A stretch of 64,000 nucleotides of DNA. It comes from a bacterium HR15 (GTDB lineage: Bacteria; Armatimonadota; Fimbriimonadia; Fimbriimonadales; GBS-DC). The first letter of the stretch is position 1, and each line of letters opens with the position of its first letter. The DNA is taken from positions 6,975-70,974 of the forward strand of contig BEHR01000009.1 in assembly GCA_002898555.1 (NCBI GenBank), written 5' to 3'. The translations under genes were made by a program, and so were the position numbers. The notes under the pieces were generated by a model. It worked only from the letters and a program-made list of their open reading frames with translations. It did no database searches and was not told the DNA's origin. Positions 1-8,880 of the stretch are shown one piece after another.

Positions 1-668
1 CCGAGGCACCGCGTTGGGGCTGGGTCTGGCGTATTCTGCGGATTGGCATTCCTGCCTCGATGCGCACGCTCATCTACTCCACCAGCTCGATGGTGTTCAC
101 AATCATTCTCTCGGCAACGGTGGCAGGCACTGCTGCGGTAGCAGCGTTGCCTATCGGGCTGACAGCGGAATCGATCGCTTTTATGCCCGGTTTTGCTTTT
201 GCGATCGCGGCGTCCGCGCTGGTGGGGCAGGCACTGGGGGCAAAAAACGAACGATTGGCGGAGCGGTTCGGCTGGACCGCATCATGGCAGGCATGCGCTA
301 TCATGAGCGCGATGGCACTCGTGTTCTTCCTCTTTGCGGAATCGTTTGCCCGCTGGTTCACGCGTGACCCACAGGTCATTGCGCTGGCAGTGGCTTATTT
401 ACGCATTAATGCTCTCTCGGAGCCGTTGCTGGCGTTCGGGTTGGTGCTGGCAGGTGCACTGCAGGGGGCGGGCGATTCGCTCAAGGCGATGCTGGGGACT
501 TTCCTTACCCAGTGGGCGGTGCGTCTGCCGCTTGCCTGGCTGCTGGCGTTCGGACTTGGGCTGGATGCGACGGGTGCGTGGTGGGCGATGGCGCTCAGTT
601 CGATGTTTAGCGGGTTGCTCTTTATCGCCCTGTTCAGGCGTGGTGGCTGGAAGCGTGTGCGTGTGTAG
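1..668 (+). CDS. MATE family efflux transporter, C-terminal part (5' end outside window)
   Basis: ORF is open to the left edge in the frame of 60..668. The sequence is polytopic and hydrophobic, with 'AVAYLRINALSEPLLAF' and 'GALQGAGDS' typical of the second half of MATE/NorM transporters. Stop TAG at 666-668. Confidence 0.8.
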   Translation, partial: EAPRWGWVWRILRIGIPASMRTLIYSTSSMVFTIILSATVAGTAAVAALPIGLTAESIAFMPGFAFAIAASALVGQALGAKNERLAERFGWTASWQACAIMSAMALVFFLFAESFARWFTRDPQVIALAVAYLRINALSEPLLAFGLVLAGALQGAGDSLKAMLGTFLTQWAVRLPLAWLLAFGLGLDATGAWWAMALSSMFSGLLFIALFRRGGWKRVRV

Positions 669-670
669 AA

Positions 671-2041
671 TTACACGCGCGCCACATAGACCGTTTTGAT
701 GTTGGTGAACTCGCGGATGCCAAACAAACCCAGTTCGCGACCGTAGCCGCTTTGCTTGATCCCACCGAAAGGAAGGCGCGGATCCGAAAAGACAAAACTG
801 TTCACGAAGCAGTTTCCCGCTTCCAGCGCGTGCGCCGCGATTTGCTCACCCAGTACAAGGTCACGCGTGTAAACGCTGGCGCCCAGCCCGTAGGGAGTAT
901 CGTTTGCCATCCGAATCGCCTCCGCCCGATTGGGCGCGGCAACGATGGGTGCCACCGGTCCAAAGGTCTCCTCGTCCCACACGGGCATCCCACGCCGCAC
1001 ATCCACCAGCACGGTGGGCGGATAGAAGAAGCCGCGCCCCGCCGGGATTTCACCACCCAGCAGGCAGCGTGCTCCTTGCTGAACACTCTGCTGCACCTGG
1101 CGGTGCAGGTTCGCCCGCAAATCTTCGCGCGCCATGGGACCGATGGTGGTGCTTTCGTCGAAAGGATCACCCATCTTCTGCCCCCGCATCTGCTCCAGAA
1201 AGCCTTCCACGAACGCTTCGTAGAGGGGCTGCTCCACGATGAATCGCTTCGCCGCGATACAGCTCTGCCCGGAGTTGATCAGGCGTCCTGTGGCACACTG
1301 GTTCAGCGTGTGTGTCAGGTCTGCATCGGCTAAAATCACCGCCGGGTCGCTGCCGCCCAGTTCCAGCACGCACTTCTTGAGTTCCTCTCCTGCTACTCGG
1401 GCGACGGTGCGCCCCGCGCGCGGGCTACCTGTGAGCGTGACGGCTGCGATCCGCGGATGGCGGATGATCGGCTCCACCTGCTCATTCTCCACCAGCACGG
1501 CACGAAGCAAATGGGCGGGGAAGCCTGCCTCGCGCATTAGCGATTCGATCGCGAGGGCACATGCGGGTGTGCTGGGGGCATGCTTTAGCACCACACTGTT
1601 GCCTGCCATCATCGCTGGCGCCGCGAAGCGGAACACTTGCCAGAAGGGAAAATTCCACGGCATAATTGCCAGAATCGCGCCCAGCGGTTGGAAGGTCACA
1701 TAGCTTTTCTGTGCCTCCGTGGGCACTTCCAACGGCGCCAACATCGATTCGGCATGCTCCGCGAAATAGTCGCAACCCCAAGCGCACTTTTCGATTTCCG
1801 CGCGTGCTTGCACGATAGGCTTGCCCATCTCTTCGGTGATGAGGCGGGCGTATTCCTCCTTGCGTTCACGCAGAAGCTGGGCGACACGGTGCATAGGCGC
1901 GGCGCGTTCCGCGAAAGAGGTCGTGCGCCATTCCAGATAGGCGCGATGCACATCCTGCACGATTGCGTCCACCGTGTCCGCATCCATGGGCGAGTATACG
2001 CGCAGCGTCTCGCCAGTCGCAGGGTTCACACTGGCAATCAT
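671..2041 (-). CDS. gabD: NAD(P)-dependent succinate-semialdehyde dehydrogenase (aldehyde dehydrogenase superfamily)
   Basis: 456 aa. Carries 'FQPLGAILAIMPWNFPFWQV', 'LELGGSDP' and the catalytic Cys region 'GQSCIAAKRF', typical of the SSADH subfamily. A TATGAT -10 box lies 9 nt upstream of the ATG. Confidence 0.85.
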   Translation of the reverse strand: MIASVNPATGETLRVYSPMDADTVDAIVQDVHRAYLEWRTTSFAERAAPMHRVAQLLRERKEEYARLITEEMGKPIVQARAEIEKCAWGCDYFAEHAESMLAPLEVPTEAQKSYVTFQPLGAILAIMPWNFPFWQVFRFAAPAMMAGNSVVLKHAPSTPACALAIESLMREAGFPAHLLRAVLVENEQVEPIIRHPRIAAVTLTGSPRAGRTVARVAGEELKKCVLELGGSDPAVILADADLTHTLNQCATGRLINSGQSCIAAKRFIVEQPLYEAFVEGFLEQMRGQKMGDPFDESTTIGPMAREDLRANLHRQVQQSVQQGARCLLGGEIPAGRGFFYPPTVLVDVRRGMPVWDEETFGPVAPIVAAPNRAEAIRMANDTPYGLGASVYTRDLVLGEQIAAHALEAGNCFVNSFVFSDPRLPFGGIKQSGYGRELGLFGIREFTNIKTVYVARV

Positions 2042-2050
2042 TGCGCTATT

Positions 2051-2098
2051 ATCATACCCGAAGCTTGTAGGAGCCGACGCAGGGACGATGGGTATAAT
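2051..2098. promoter_or_regulatory. divergent -10 boxes for gabD-like (minus, TATGAT 2051-2056) and rtcA (plus, TATAAT 2093-2098)
   Basis: The boxes lie 9 and 11 nt from their respective ATGs, with no SD in between. Confidence 0.55.
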
Positions 2099-2109
2099 TT
2101 AGGATTAAG

Positions 2110-3237
2110 ATGGAAAGGCAATCAGGTACTCAGCATTATGTGGTGATTGATGGTGCCTATGGCGAGGGCGGCGGGCAAATTGTCCGCACAGGGCTTGCAT
2201 TGTCGGTGATCACGGGTCAGCCCGTGGAGTTTCGTAACATCCGTGCGCGGCGTCCCAACCCCGGCTTACAGCCACAGCATTTGACGGCAGTGCATGCGGC
2301 AGCGACCATCAGTCAAGCACGGGTAGAGGGAGCGATCTTGGGTTCGTCCACGCTGCGCTTCGAGCCGGGTGAGGTGGAGGGTGGCGAGTTTCTGTTTAAT
2401 GTGGAGGAGATCTCTGGCATGGGGTCGGCTGGCTCGGTGATGCTGATTGCGCAAACGATCCTGGTGCCGTTAGCTTTGCGCGGTCAGAGCGCCCGCATTA
2501 CTCTGATGGGTGGTACTCATGTCGGCTGGAGTCCCGGTGCGGACTACATTCGCTATGTCTATCTGCCTGCACTCCGCCATTTCGGCATCGAGGCGGAGCT
2601 GGAAGTGGAGGCGGCGGGTTTCTATCCCAAAGGAGGCGGACGCTGTGTTCTCACAGTTCACCCTGCGGAAACACCCCTGCGCCCCATCGAATGGGTGGAG
2701 CGTGGCAGCCTCAAAAAGATCTGGGCGCTCTTCACGATGTCGAACCTGCCCGAAGAGATTCTGCCACGAGGCGATCAGGTGGTAGATACCTTCGTGCGCC
2801 TGACCGGGCTGACGCCCAGCATCGTGCATCAGGTGTTGCCATCGCGTGGCTTCGGACTGTCCGTGACGCTCGCGGCGGAGGCGGAACACGGCTACGCAGG
2901 TTTCATTCGGCTCGGGCGCCGTGGTGTGGCAATTGAGCAAGTGGTGGAGGAGGCGTGGAACGAGTTCGTCGCATGGGCGCGCACGCGCACCGCGGTGGAC
3001 CACTTCTTAGCGGATCAGCTGCTGCTCCCTGCCCTGTTTGCCGAGGGGAGTAGCGCGTGGACCGCACCGCGCGCTTCCAGCCACCTGCGCACCTCGCTCT
3101 GGCTGGCAGGACACTTCGTGCAACTGGGTATAGAGCTTGCGCCCTATAATGAGCAGGGTGTGCTGATTCGGATTACGCCCGGCGGGGAGGGCATCGTCAA
3201 TCTGCTCAACCACTCAGCCACTCAAACATCCACATAG
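2110..3237 (+). CDS. rtcA: RNA 3'-terminal phosphate cyclase
   Basis: 375 aa. Has the N-terminal 'DGAYGEGGGQIVRTGLALS' and 'RRPNPGLQPQHL' motifs of RtcA. Confidence 0.9.
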   Translation: MERQSGTQHYVVIDGAYGEGGGQIVRTGLALSVITGQPVEFRNIRARRPNPGLQPQHLTAVHAAATISQARVEGAILGSSTLRFEPGEVEGGEFLFNVEEISGMGSAGSVMLIAQTILVPLALRGQSARITLMGGTHVGWSPGADYIRYVYLPALRHFGIEAELEVEAAGFYPKGGGRCVLTVHPAETPLRPIEWVERGSLKKIWALFTMSNLPEEILPRGDQVVDTFVRLTGLTPSIVHQVLPSRGFGLSVTLAAEAEHGYAGFIRLGRRGVAIEQVVEEAWNEFVAWARTRTAVDHFLADQLLLPALFAEGSSAWTAPRASSHLRTSLWLAGHFVQLGIELAPYNEQGVLIRITPGGEGIVNLLNHSATQTST

Positions 3238-3659
3238 AAGCGCAGGAACCAGCGCTCGCCCCGTTGTTGGAGGGTTAGCCCGTGATAGGTCACCGATTTG
3301 ACGGGCGCACCCTCCCACTCCAAGGCTTCGGGCGTGATGGGGCGATAGCCTACCCGCGCTTGCAATCGCCACTCGTCGCCCTGCTGCACTACCGCCTCCA
3401 CCTCGAACTGGCTGAAGAGCCGATGATGCACCTCGAACTGATAGAGCAGCTCATTCAGCCAGCGCACCATCAACATCTCCAGGTCAGGCGCGCGGATGGT
3501 CAGCTCGGTCTGCTCGGTTGCGGGGTAGCGGTCGGGGTCAATCATCAAGTGGAATAGTCCTCTCGCCGCCGTCGCGAACAGCTCAGGCAAAGTGGCTGCT
3601 TCCGCCTCCAACCCTTTATCCGCTGTATGCTCCACAATCCGAAACGCGCCCATAGCCAT
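3222..3659 (-). CDS. archease (RtcB ligase activator family)
   Basis: 145 aa. Has the N-terminal 'RIVEHTADKGLEA' (eHTAD motif) and C-terminal 'VKSVTYHGLTL'. Its 3' end overlaps the rtcA 3' end by 16 nt in convergent orientation. Confidence 0.85.
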   Translation of the reverse strand: MAMGAFRIVEHTADKGLEAEAATLPELFATAARGLFHLMIDPDRYPATEQTELTIRAPDLEMLMVRWLNELLYQFEVHHRLFSQFEVEAVVQQGDEWRLQARVGYRPITPEALEWEGAPVKSVTYHGLTLQQRGERWFLRFYVDV

Positions 3660-3756
3660 TTTTTACCCGAAAATCCCTTCTGACCTGTCGGAAAGGGCAG
3701 CGATTCGTAGGAAAATCATCGTGCAAAGCGAACCCTCCCCTTTACGGAGGTGGCTC

Positions 3757-4083
3757 ATGGTCATTACAACGATGGCAGAAGTGCCCGGCTATCGCATCGC
3801 GCGGGTGCTGGGCATCGTGAAGGGCAATACGGTGCGGGCAACCCATTTCGGCAAAGACATCCTTGCCAGCTTGCGACAGATTGTGGGCGGTGAACTTAAA
3901 GAGTATACCGAGATGCTCTCCAACGCGCGTGCGGAAGCGGAGCGACGCATGATCGAGGAAGCAACGCGCCTCGGCGCAAACGCGATTGTGAATGTGCGCT
4001 ATGCCACCGGGCATGTCACCCAGAATTCCGCCGAGATCTTGGTCTACGGCACGGCAGTGCAGATAGAACCTGCAGGTCTATGA
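3757..4083 (+). CDS. YbjQ/UPF0145 family protein
   Basis: Internal ATG at 3757 is preceded by GGAGG (3746-3750). 'GYRIARVLGIVKGNTVRATHFGKDI...GANAIVNVRY' is typical of YbjQ-like proteins. The upstream part of ORF 3592..4083 is antisense to the archease gene. Confidence 0.85.
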   Translation: MVITTMAEVPGYRIARVLGIVKGNTVRATHFGKDILASLRQIVGGELKEYTEMLSNARAEAERRMIEEATRLGANAIVNVRYATGHVTQNSAEILVYGTAVQIEPAGL

Positions 4084-4865
4084 GGTTGGCAAATCGAGTG
4101 GCTTGGATTACCGGGGCGGCACAGGGGTTAGGCGAGGCAATAGCCCACCGCCTCGCCCGAGAAGGTTGCCTCGGCTTGACCTTAACCGATCTGCAACACG
4201 AGAAGCTACAGGTGGTCGCCCAAGCGATTGAGCGCGAATCACCTGCATGTCGTGTGCTTGCGCTCTATGGCGATGTGACGGACGAGGCCCATGTGGCGGA
4301 CGCCGTGCGCCAGACGGTGCAGACCTTCGGCAAGCTGGACATTCTGGTCGCGAACGCGGGCGTTATCCACGCCGCTGAAGTGACCGAAATGACCCTCGCA
4401 CAGTGGCGCTGGCAAATCGAGGTGAACCTCACCGGCTATTTTCTTTGTGCGCGGGAAGCTGCCAAGGTGATGAAGCAACAAGGCAGCGGAGTCATCTTGC
4501 AAATCAACTCCAAGTCGGGGCTGAAAGGCAGTTATAAAAACTGCGCCTATGCTGCCAGCAAGTTCGGTGGCATCGGGCTAACCCAAAGCCTCGCGCTGGA
4601 TCTCGCGCCTTACGGCATCCGCGTGAACGCCATCTGCCCCGGCAACCTGTTCGAATCGCCCATGTGGCAAGAAACGCTGTTCGAGCAGTATGCCCGCAAA
4701 TGGGGGCTGCCCGAAGAAGCGATTCGCCGTTACTACGAGGCGCAGGTGCCCCTCGGACGCGGTTGCACCTACGACGATGTGTGCCATCTGGTGGTCTTTC
4801 TGGCTTCCGACGAGGCCAGCTATATCACAGGTGAGGCGATTCGCGTGGCAGGCGGGCAGCTGTAA
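4080..4865 (+). CDS. SDR family oxidoreductase (sorbitol-6-phosphate dehydrogenase-like)
   Basis: Carries 'ITGAAQGLGEA' (TGxxxGxG) and 'YAASK' (YxxxK). ATGA overlap with the upstream gene. Confidence 0.85.
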   Translation: MRLANRVAWITGAAQGLGEAIAHRLAREGCLGLTLTDLQHEKLQVVAQAIERESPACRVLALYGDVTDEAHVADAVRQTVQTFGKLDILVANAGVIHAAEVTEMTLAQWRWQIEVNLTGYFLCAREAAKVMKQQGSGVILQINSKSGLKGSYKNCAYAASKFGGIGLTQSLALDLAPYGIRVNAICPGNLFESPMWQETLFEQYARKWGLPEEAIRRYYEAQVPLGRGCTYDDVCHLVVFLASDEASYITGEAIRVAGGQL

Positions 4866-4905
4866 GCGAAAGAGGGTATAATATTTTCCAGCGGAGGTAG
4901 GTGGT

Positions 4906-5289
4906 ATGCGACTGGTAGAGCGTTTGAAAAGCAAAATTCATATGGCACGGGTGACGGAAGCGCGATTGGACTATATCGGTAGCATCGCCATCGATGAGGA
5001 ACTGCTGGACGCGGTTGGCATCGAGCCAGGCGAGATGGTGCATGTATGGGTGATGGATAATGGGGAGCGGTTCCAGACCTATGTGGTGCCCGCACCGCCG
5101 GGTTCAGGCGAGATAGCCGTTTACGGCGCCGCCGCTCATCGCGCCCAAAAAGGACACCGACTGATCATCGCGGCGACCTGTTGGACCGATGAATGGATCG
5201 AACCCCGTATGGTGCTGGTTAACGAGAAGAACCAAATCGTGCAGTACTTGCCCTTCCAAGCGCAGGCAATTCCCGTCGAGCTATCCTGA
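4906..5289 (+). CDS. panD: aspartate 1-decarboxylase
   Basis: 127 aa. 'LKSKIHMARVTEARLDYIGSIAIDEELLDAVGI' includes the Gly-Ser self-processing site. An SD (GCGGAGG) and a TATAAT box at 4877-4882 lie upstream. Confidence 0.93.
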   Translation: MRLVERLKSKIHMARVTEARLDYIGSIAIDEELLDAVGIEPGEMVHVWVMDNGERFQTYVVPAPPGSGEIAVYGAAAHRAQKGHRLIIAATCWTDEWIEPRMVLVNEKNQIVQYLPFQAQAIPVELS

Positions 5290-5298
5290 ACCCCCTTT

Positions 5299-5365
5299 GG
5301 AGGGCGAGGCTCCTGCCGAGCCGAAACAACCTCAAAATGGAGGGCGAGGCTCCTGGCGAGCCGAA
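5299..5365. repeat. two 27-nt units GGAGGGCGAGGCTCCTG(C/G)CGAGCCGAA, 40-nt period
   Basis: Units at 5299-5325 and 5339-5365 are 26/27 identical. A shortened relative 'TTTGGAGGGCGAGCCG' lies at 62358-62373. Confidence 0.85.
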
Positions 5366-6729
5366 CTATCCCTGATGAACGCGCTCTTAGCCACCACTCC
5401 GACTCCCCGCGTGGGTCGCGTAAACATTTCAAGCGAAGTTGCAAGGGCGGCAAGCCAGAGCGCACGGAAGGCAGCCGCCAGATAGTAATAATGCATCAGC
5501 GGAATCACAGGGGCAAGCGGTAAGTAAGCCAGCATAGAGCCAAATAGTCCCAACCAGACCAACAGATTCCGCCTTACCCGCGCCAACACCGCCACATAAA
5601 CCCCCAGCACCAACCATGCCTGCCAGAACGCAGGCATTAAAATCGCTGCGGGTGCATCGACCAGCAAATCCAGCTGCACCAGCACCTCAGGCAGGGGCGG
5701 AAGCAACCAGTACAGCAGCGATGTGTTCAGCGCGTAGAATCGACGCAGACGCTGCTGATGATACTCCGTCTCAGAGGGGATGGTGGCAAGATAGAACCAC
5801 AGATACAGCTCCAGCAGAATGAGACTCAGAGCGATGGGCAGCCAGTGGAATCGTCCACCTTTTGCGCGAATGACTATCCCGCACGCCGCCATCAGCAACG
5901 GTAGTACAATCGCCTGTTCGTAGCTGGCTAACGCCCCCGCGAAGCCAACGAGGCTCAGCACCGCCCAGCCCCAGTCGCCTCGCCAGCAGAGACGACAGTA
6001 TGCCCAGAGCGTAAACAACGCAAAGAGGGTCATTAGCGTTGCGGTACGCCCCGGAATCCAGCCCATTGCACGATAAGCAAACGATGCCTGATGCAGGTCA
6101 GGTAGATTCGGAATGAAGCCCAGCTCCAATCCCAGCACCAGCATCAAGCAGCCGACCATCAGCGCGATGGAGCGGTCGCCGCTGAATCGCCAGCTCAATC
6201 CCACGCCGACCAGCGCACCACCCCAGAGCAACCACTCTGGCACCCCCTGCAGCAGACCAGTTTGCCAGCCTGTGAAAATCAACCCCGTCCACAGCGCGAG
6301 TGAGCGGGAGCGGCTCAGCTCCGCGACCCAAACGACCAGTAGCAAGGCGCACCCCAAGCTGAGCAGCCCATTCAGCCATTTGTAGTGGAGCAGCTCGCGT
6401 CCCCAAAGGCGATAGTCTATTTCATAAAGCAGACTGGGCAGCGGACGATAGAAGCCGTTGCCCAGCACCCAGTCTCCCGTGAACCAGGTCAGTGGTTGGT
6501 GAGGCTGCTCTAATCGGGCAAGAATGGTCCGCACATCGAGGTTCTCGAAACTACTCCACAGCCCGTCGTCCCGATGCCAATAGAGGACAGCGCCCCCGTT
6601 CAGGACAACGATCAGCGCAAGCCCAATCCCGAACTGTTTCCCCCAGATGGCACGCCATGCCCGCTGAACACTCCGCGAGAGAAGCCCCTTTGCCAGCCAC
6701 CCATGCACAGAAGGTAGATTCGCGGCCAA
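5332..6729 (-). CDS. GT-C fold (PMT/ArnT-like) integral membrane glycosyltransferase-like protein
   Basis: 465 aa with more than 10 predicted TM segments. The 'FYRPLPSLLYEIDYRLWG...LHYKWLN' motif resembles bacterial PMT_2/TMTC-like GT-C enzymes. The last 11 codons are contributed by a dispersed repeat unit. Confidence 0.6.
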   Translation of the reverse strand: MAANLPSVHGWLAKGLLSRSVQRAWRAIWGKQFGIGLALIVVLNGGAVLYWHRDDGLWSSFENLDVRTILARLEQPHQPLTWFTGDWVLGNGFYRPLPSLLYEIDYRLWGRELLHYKWLNGLLSLGCALLLVVWVAELSRSRSLALWTGLIFTGWQTGLLQGVPEWLLWGGALVGVGLSWRFSGDRSIALMVGCLMLVLGLELGFIPNLPDLHQASFAYRAMGWIPGRTATLMTLFALFTLWAYCRLCWRGDWGWAVLSLVGFAGALASYEQAIVLPLLMAACGIVIRAKGGRFHWLPIALSLILLELYLWFYLATIPSETEYHQQRLRRFYALNTSLLYWLLPPLPEVLVQLDLLVDAPAAILMPAFWQAWLVLGVYVAVLARVRRNLLVWLGLFGSMLAYLPLAPVIPLMHYYYLAAAFRALWLAALATSLEMFTRPTRGVGVVAKSAFIRDSSARQEPRPPF

Positions 6730-6815
6730 GCGTGGGTATCCCTCTCACTTCACCACCAGCACATGGCAAGGCGCATGGTTGACCAGTCTCCGCGTGTTCG
6801 GGTACACTTCCTGCC

Positions 6816-7178
6816 ATGCGAAGGCGTGCGCAGGAAACGCGGCTCTATCGTCTGGAGATGAACGAGCGCATCTTAAAGAGCGGGTTCAAACCGTTTCAGC
6901 GATTTTTTGCGCTGGATGCCGCCGCGTATGAAGAGGGTGCTATCCCCACCAAATACAAGGAGATGATGGGGTTGGTCGGCTCGATGGTGCTGCGTTGCAA
7001 CGATTGTATCTTCTATCATCTGGACCGATGTGTGCAGGAAGGGGCAACACGCGAGGAGCTGCACGAGGCGATGAACATCGCGCTCGTTATCGGTGGTTCC
7101 ATCGTCATTCCCCACTTGCGCTACGCCTACGAGGTCATGGACGAGCTGTTCGAGGAGAAAAATCGGCAGGGAGGATAG
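6816..7178 (+). CDS. carboxymuconolactone decarboxylase (AhpD-like) family protein
   Basis: 'KYKEMMGLVGSMVLRCNDCIFYH' is CMD-family CxxC-type helix content. ATG 6816 sits 7 nt after a TACACT -10 box (leaderless pattern). An alternative start lies at 6858 (MNERIL). Confidence 0.75.
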   Translation: MRRRAQETRLYRLEMNERILKSGFKPFQRFFALDAAAYEEGAIPTKYKEMMGLVGSMVLRCNDCIFYHLDRCVQEGATREELHEAMNIALVIGGSIVIPHLRYAYEVMDELFEEKNRQGG

Positions 7179-7181
7179 AAA

Positions 7182-7424
7182 ATGGCTACCGTGCATATGA
7201 AAATTGCAACCGTTGCGCGCGATCAGGTAAAGGTGCCGTGGCTGTGGCGATTGGGGCGCGATTTCGACCTGCAGGTGAACATCCTGAAGGCGAACATCGA
7301 CGAAGATTTCGGCTGGGCACTGGTGGAGCTGCAAGGACCGGTGGAAGAGATTCAGCGAGCGACCGCTTGGCTCCATACGACAGGTCTGCATGTGGAGCCG
7401 ATTGAACGGTCGGTGTCGGAGTAG
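7182..7424 (+). CDS. NIL domain-containing protein
   Basis: 80 aa stand-alone domain resembling the MetN C-terminal NIL domain ('VNILKANIDEDFGWALVELQG'). SD GGAGG lies upstream. Confidence 0.7.
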   Translation: MATVHMKIATVARDQVKVPWLWRLGRDFDLQVNILKANIDEDFGWALVELQGPVEEIQRATAWLHTTGLHVEPIERSVSE

Positions 7425-7426
7425 CG

Positions 7427-8338
7427 ATGCCTGCGGTTTTGCTCAAGCAGCCTGCACCGCCGCCCGATTTCGAAGCGTTCTGGCAAGCCGTGGTCGCTGA
7501 GAGCGACGCGCTGCCGCTGATTTATGAGCGCGTGCATCAGCCTGAAGACGACACGCCCAGTCATCACATCTATCGCTTGCGTTGGCGTGGCGCGGACGGG
7601 AAGGGGCGCGAGGGCTGGTACGCCGTGCCCGCTGCCTTTCAGAACAAGCCGCTGCCGGGACTGCTCTATCTGCCCGGCTATGGCATTAACGCGGTATCTA
7701 TCAATGAGAACACTGCTTTCTCCCGCTTTATCACGCTTGCGCCCAACCTGCACGGCTACGCGGTGGAGCCGAGCATTCCTTACAGCCCCGAATATGGCTA
7801 CTTCACTCAGGGCATCGAATCGCCCCAGACCTATGTATACCGAAGGCTGATGCTCGACAGCATCCTCGCCGCGCGGGTTTTAGCCGCCCAACCAGAGGTC
7901 GATTCACACCGCCTGATCGCCGCTGGTCTCAGTCAAGGGGGTGGGTTGGCAGTGATGTTGGGCGCATGGTGTTCGCTGGTGCGGGTGGTGGTGGCAGAGC
8001 TGCCTGCCCTGACCTACTGGGAATATCTGCTGGATGCCACGGTCTGGCGCTACCCCATCAAGGAGTTTGCCGACTACATGCAAGCAACAGGGCACAGTAA
8101 AGAAGCCCTATTAGCCACGCTGCAATATTTCGATACGGTCAACCATGCGCCTCTGGTGCGTGTCCCTGTGCAGCTAAGCCTGGCACTGAAAGACCCCGGC
8201 ATTCGTCCCCCCGTGGTTTTTTCGCTCTATGACGCGCTGCCCCGCCCCAAGCGACTGCTCATCTATGAGGATTTGGGGCACGACTGGTCGCCCGAAATGC
8301 ACATCCGCCTGCAGGAGTGGGTGGAGCAGCACCTCTAA
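7427..8338 (+). CDS. alpha/beta hydrolase, acetylxylan esterase (AXE1/CE7)-like
   Basis: 303 aa. Has the N-terminal 'PDFEAFWQ' typical of AXE1, the nucleophile elbow 'GLSQGG', and a C-terminal 'GHDW' catalytic His region. Confidence 0.7.
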   Translation: MPAVLLKQPAPPPDFEAFWQAVVAESDALPLIYERVHQPEDDTPSHHIYRLRWRGADGKGREGWYAVPAAFQNKPLPGLLYLPGYGINAVSINENTAFSRFITLAPNLHGYAVEPSIPYSPEYGYFTQGIESPQTYVYRRLMLDSILAARVLAAQPEVDSHRLIAAGLSQGGGLAVMLGAWCSLVRVVVAELPALTYWEYLLDATVWRYPIKEFADYMQATGHSKEALLATLQYFDTVNHAPLVRVPVQLSLALKDPGIRPPVVFSLYDALPRPKRLLIYEDLGHDWSPEMHIRLQEWVEQHL

Positions 8339-8552
8339 AGGCGACGGCTGGAAAAATACCCCGAATCGCCCTTAAAATCGGGCAAAATCCCCCCAAATCC
8401 CCCGAATCGATGTCCGGTTTTGGGCGGTTCTTGAGTCTATTAAGGGTGGCTGACCCCTTTCAGGGGTCAGCCAACAGGGCGAAGAGTTTAGAGACATCGG
8501 CGGCGCTGGGCTTTGATCCTCCTTTCGACAGCGTCGCCCATTTTTTTAACTA

Positions 8553-8582
8553 AAAGGGGCAACCCCGCTGGGCTGCCCCTTC
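8553..8582 (-). terminator. terminator hairpin downstream of minus-strand gene 8608..8823
   Basis: AAGGGGCA / TGCCCCTT stem (8554-8561 / 8574-8581). On the minus strand it is followed by TTTTAGTTAAAAAAA. Confidence 0.6.
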
Positions 8583-8607
8583 GAATAGCCGATAAAGGGG
8601 GCTGTTT

Positions 8608-8823
8608 TTAGACACCAACTAACTCTTCAGCAAGTGTTTCGGAGGCTTGGGTGGTGGTCAGTACGGAGCCAGCGAATAGTTTGTGCAACACAGTCATCGT
8701 GATTTGCTCCACTTGCTCGGTCGTAATAGCCATCTGCTCAGCGACTTGTTCAGGGGTCAGACCCTCAGCGAACAATCGAATCGCGCTCCGCTCGCGCTCA
8801 GTCAGTTTGTATTGCGTCTCCAT
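8608..8823 (-). CDS. small LuxR/sigma-70 region 4-type HTH protein
   Basis: 71 aa. 'LTERERSAIRLFAEGLTPEQVAEQMAITTEQVEQI' resembles a GerE/region-4 HTH. It has its own SD (AAGGAGG) and a TATAAT box (8855-8860, minus). A terminator hairpin lies downstream. Confidence 0.7.
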   Translation of the reverse strand: METQYKLTERERSAIRLFAEGLTPEQVAEQMAITTEQVEQITMTVLHKLFAGSVLTTTQASETLAEELVGV

Positions 8824-8880
8824 AGTGTACCTCCTTTGGTTGTTTCCAGAGGGGATTATACCTACTGCATGGCAACGGAG

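Noticed and set aside
8317-8553. 78-aa ORF in the esterase / HTH intergenic region.
   Set aside because: It has low-complexity Pro/Gly/Ser composition and no SD, and it spans hairpins and repeated words. It is treated as non-coding structured DNA.
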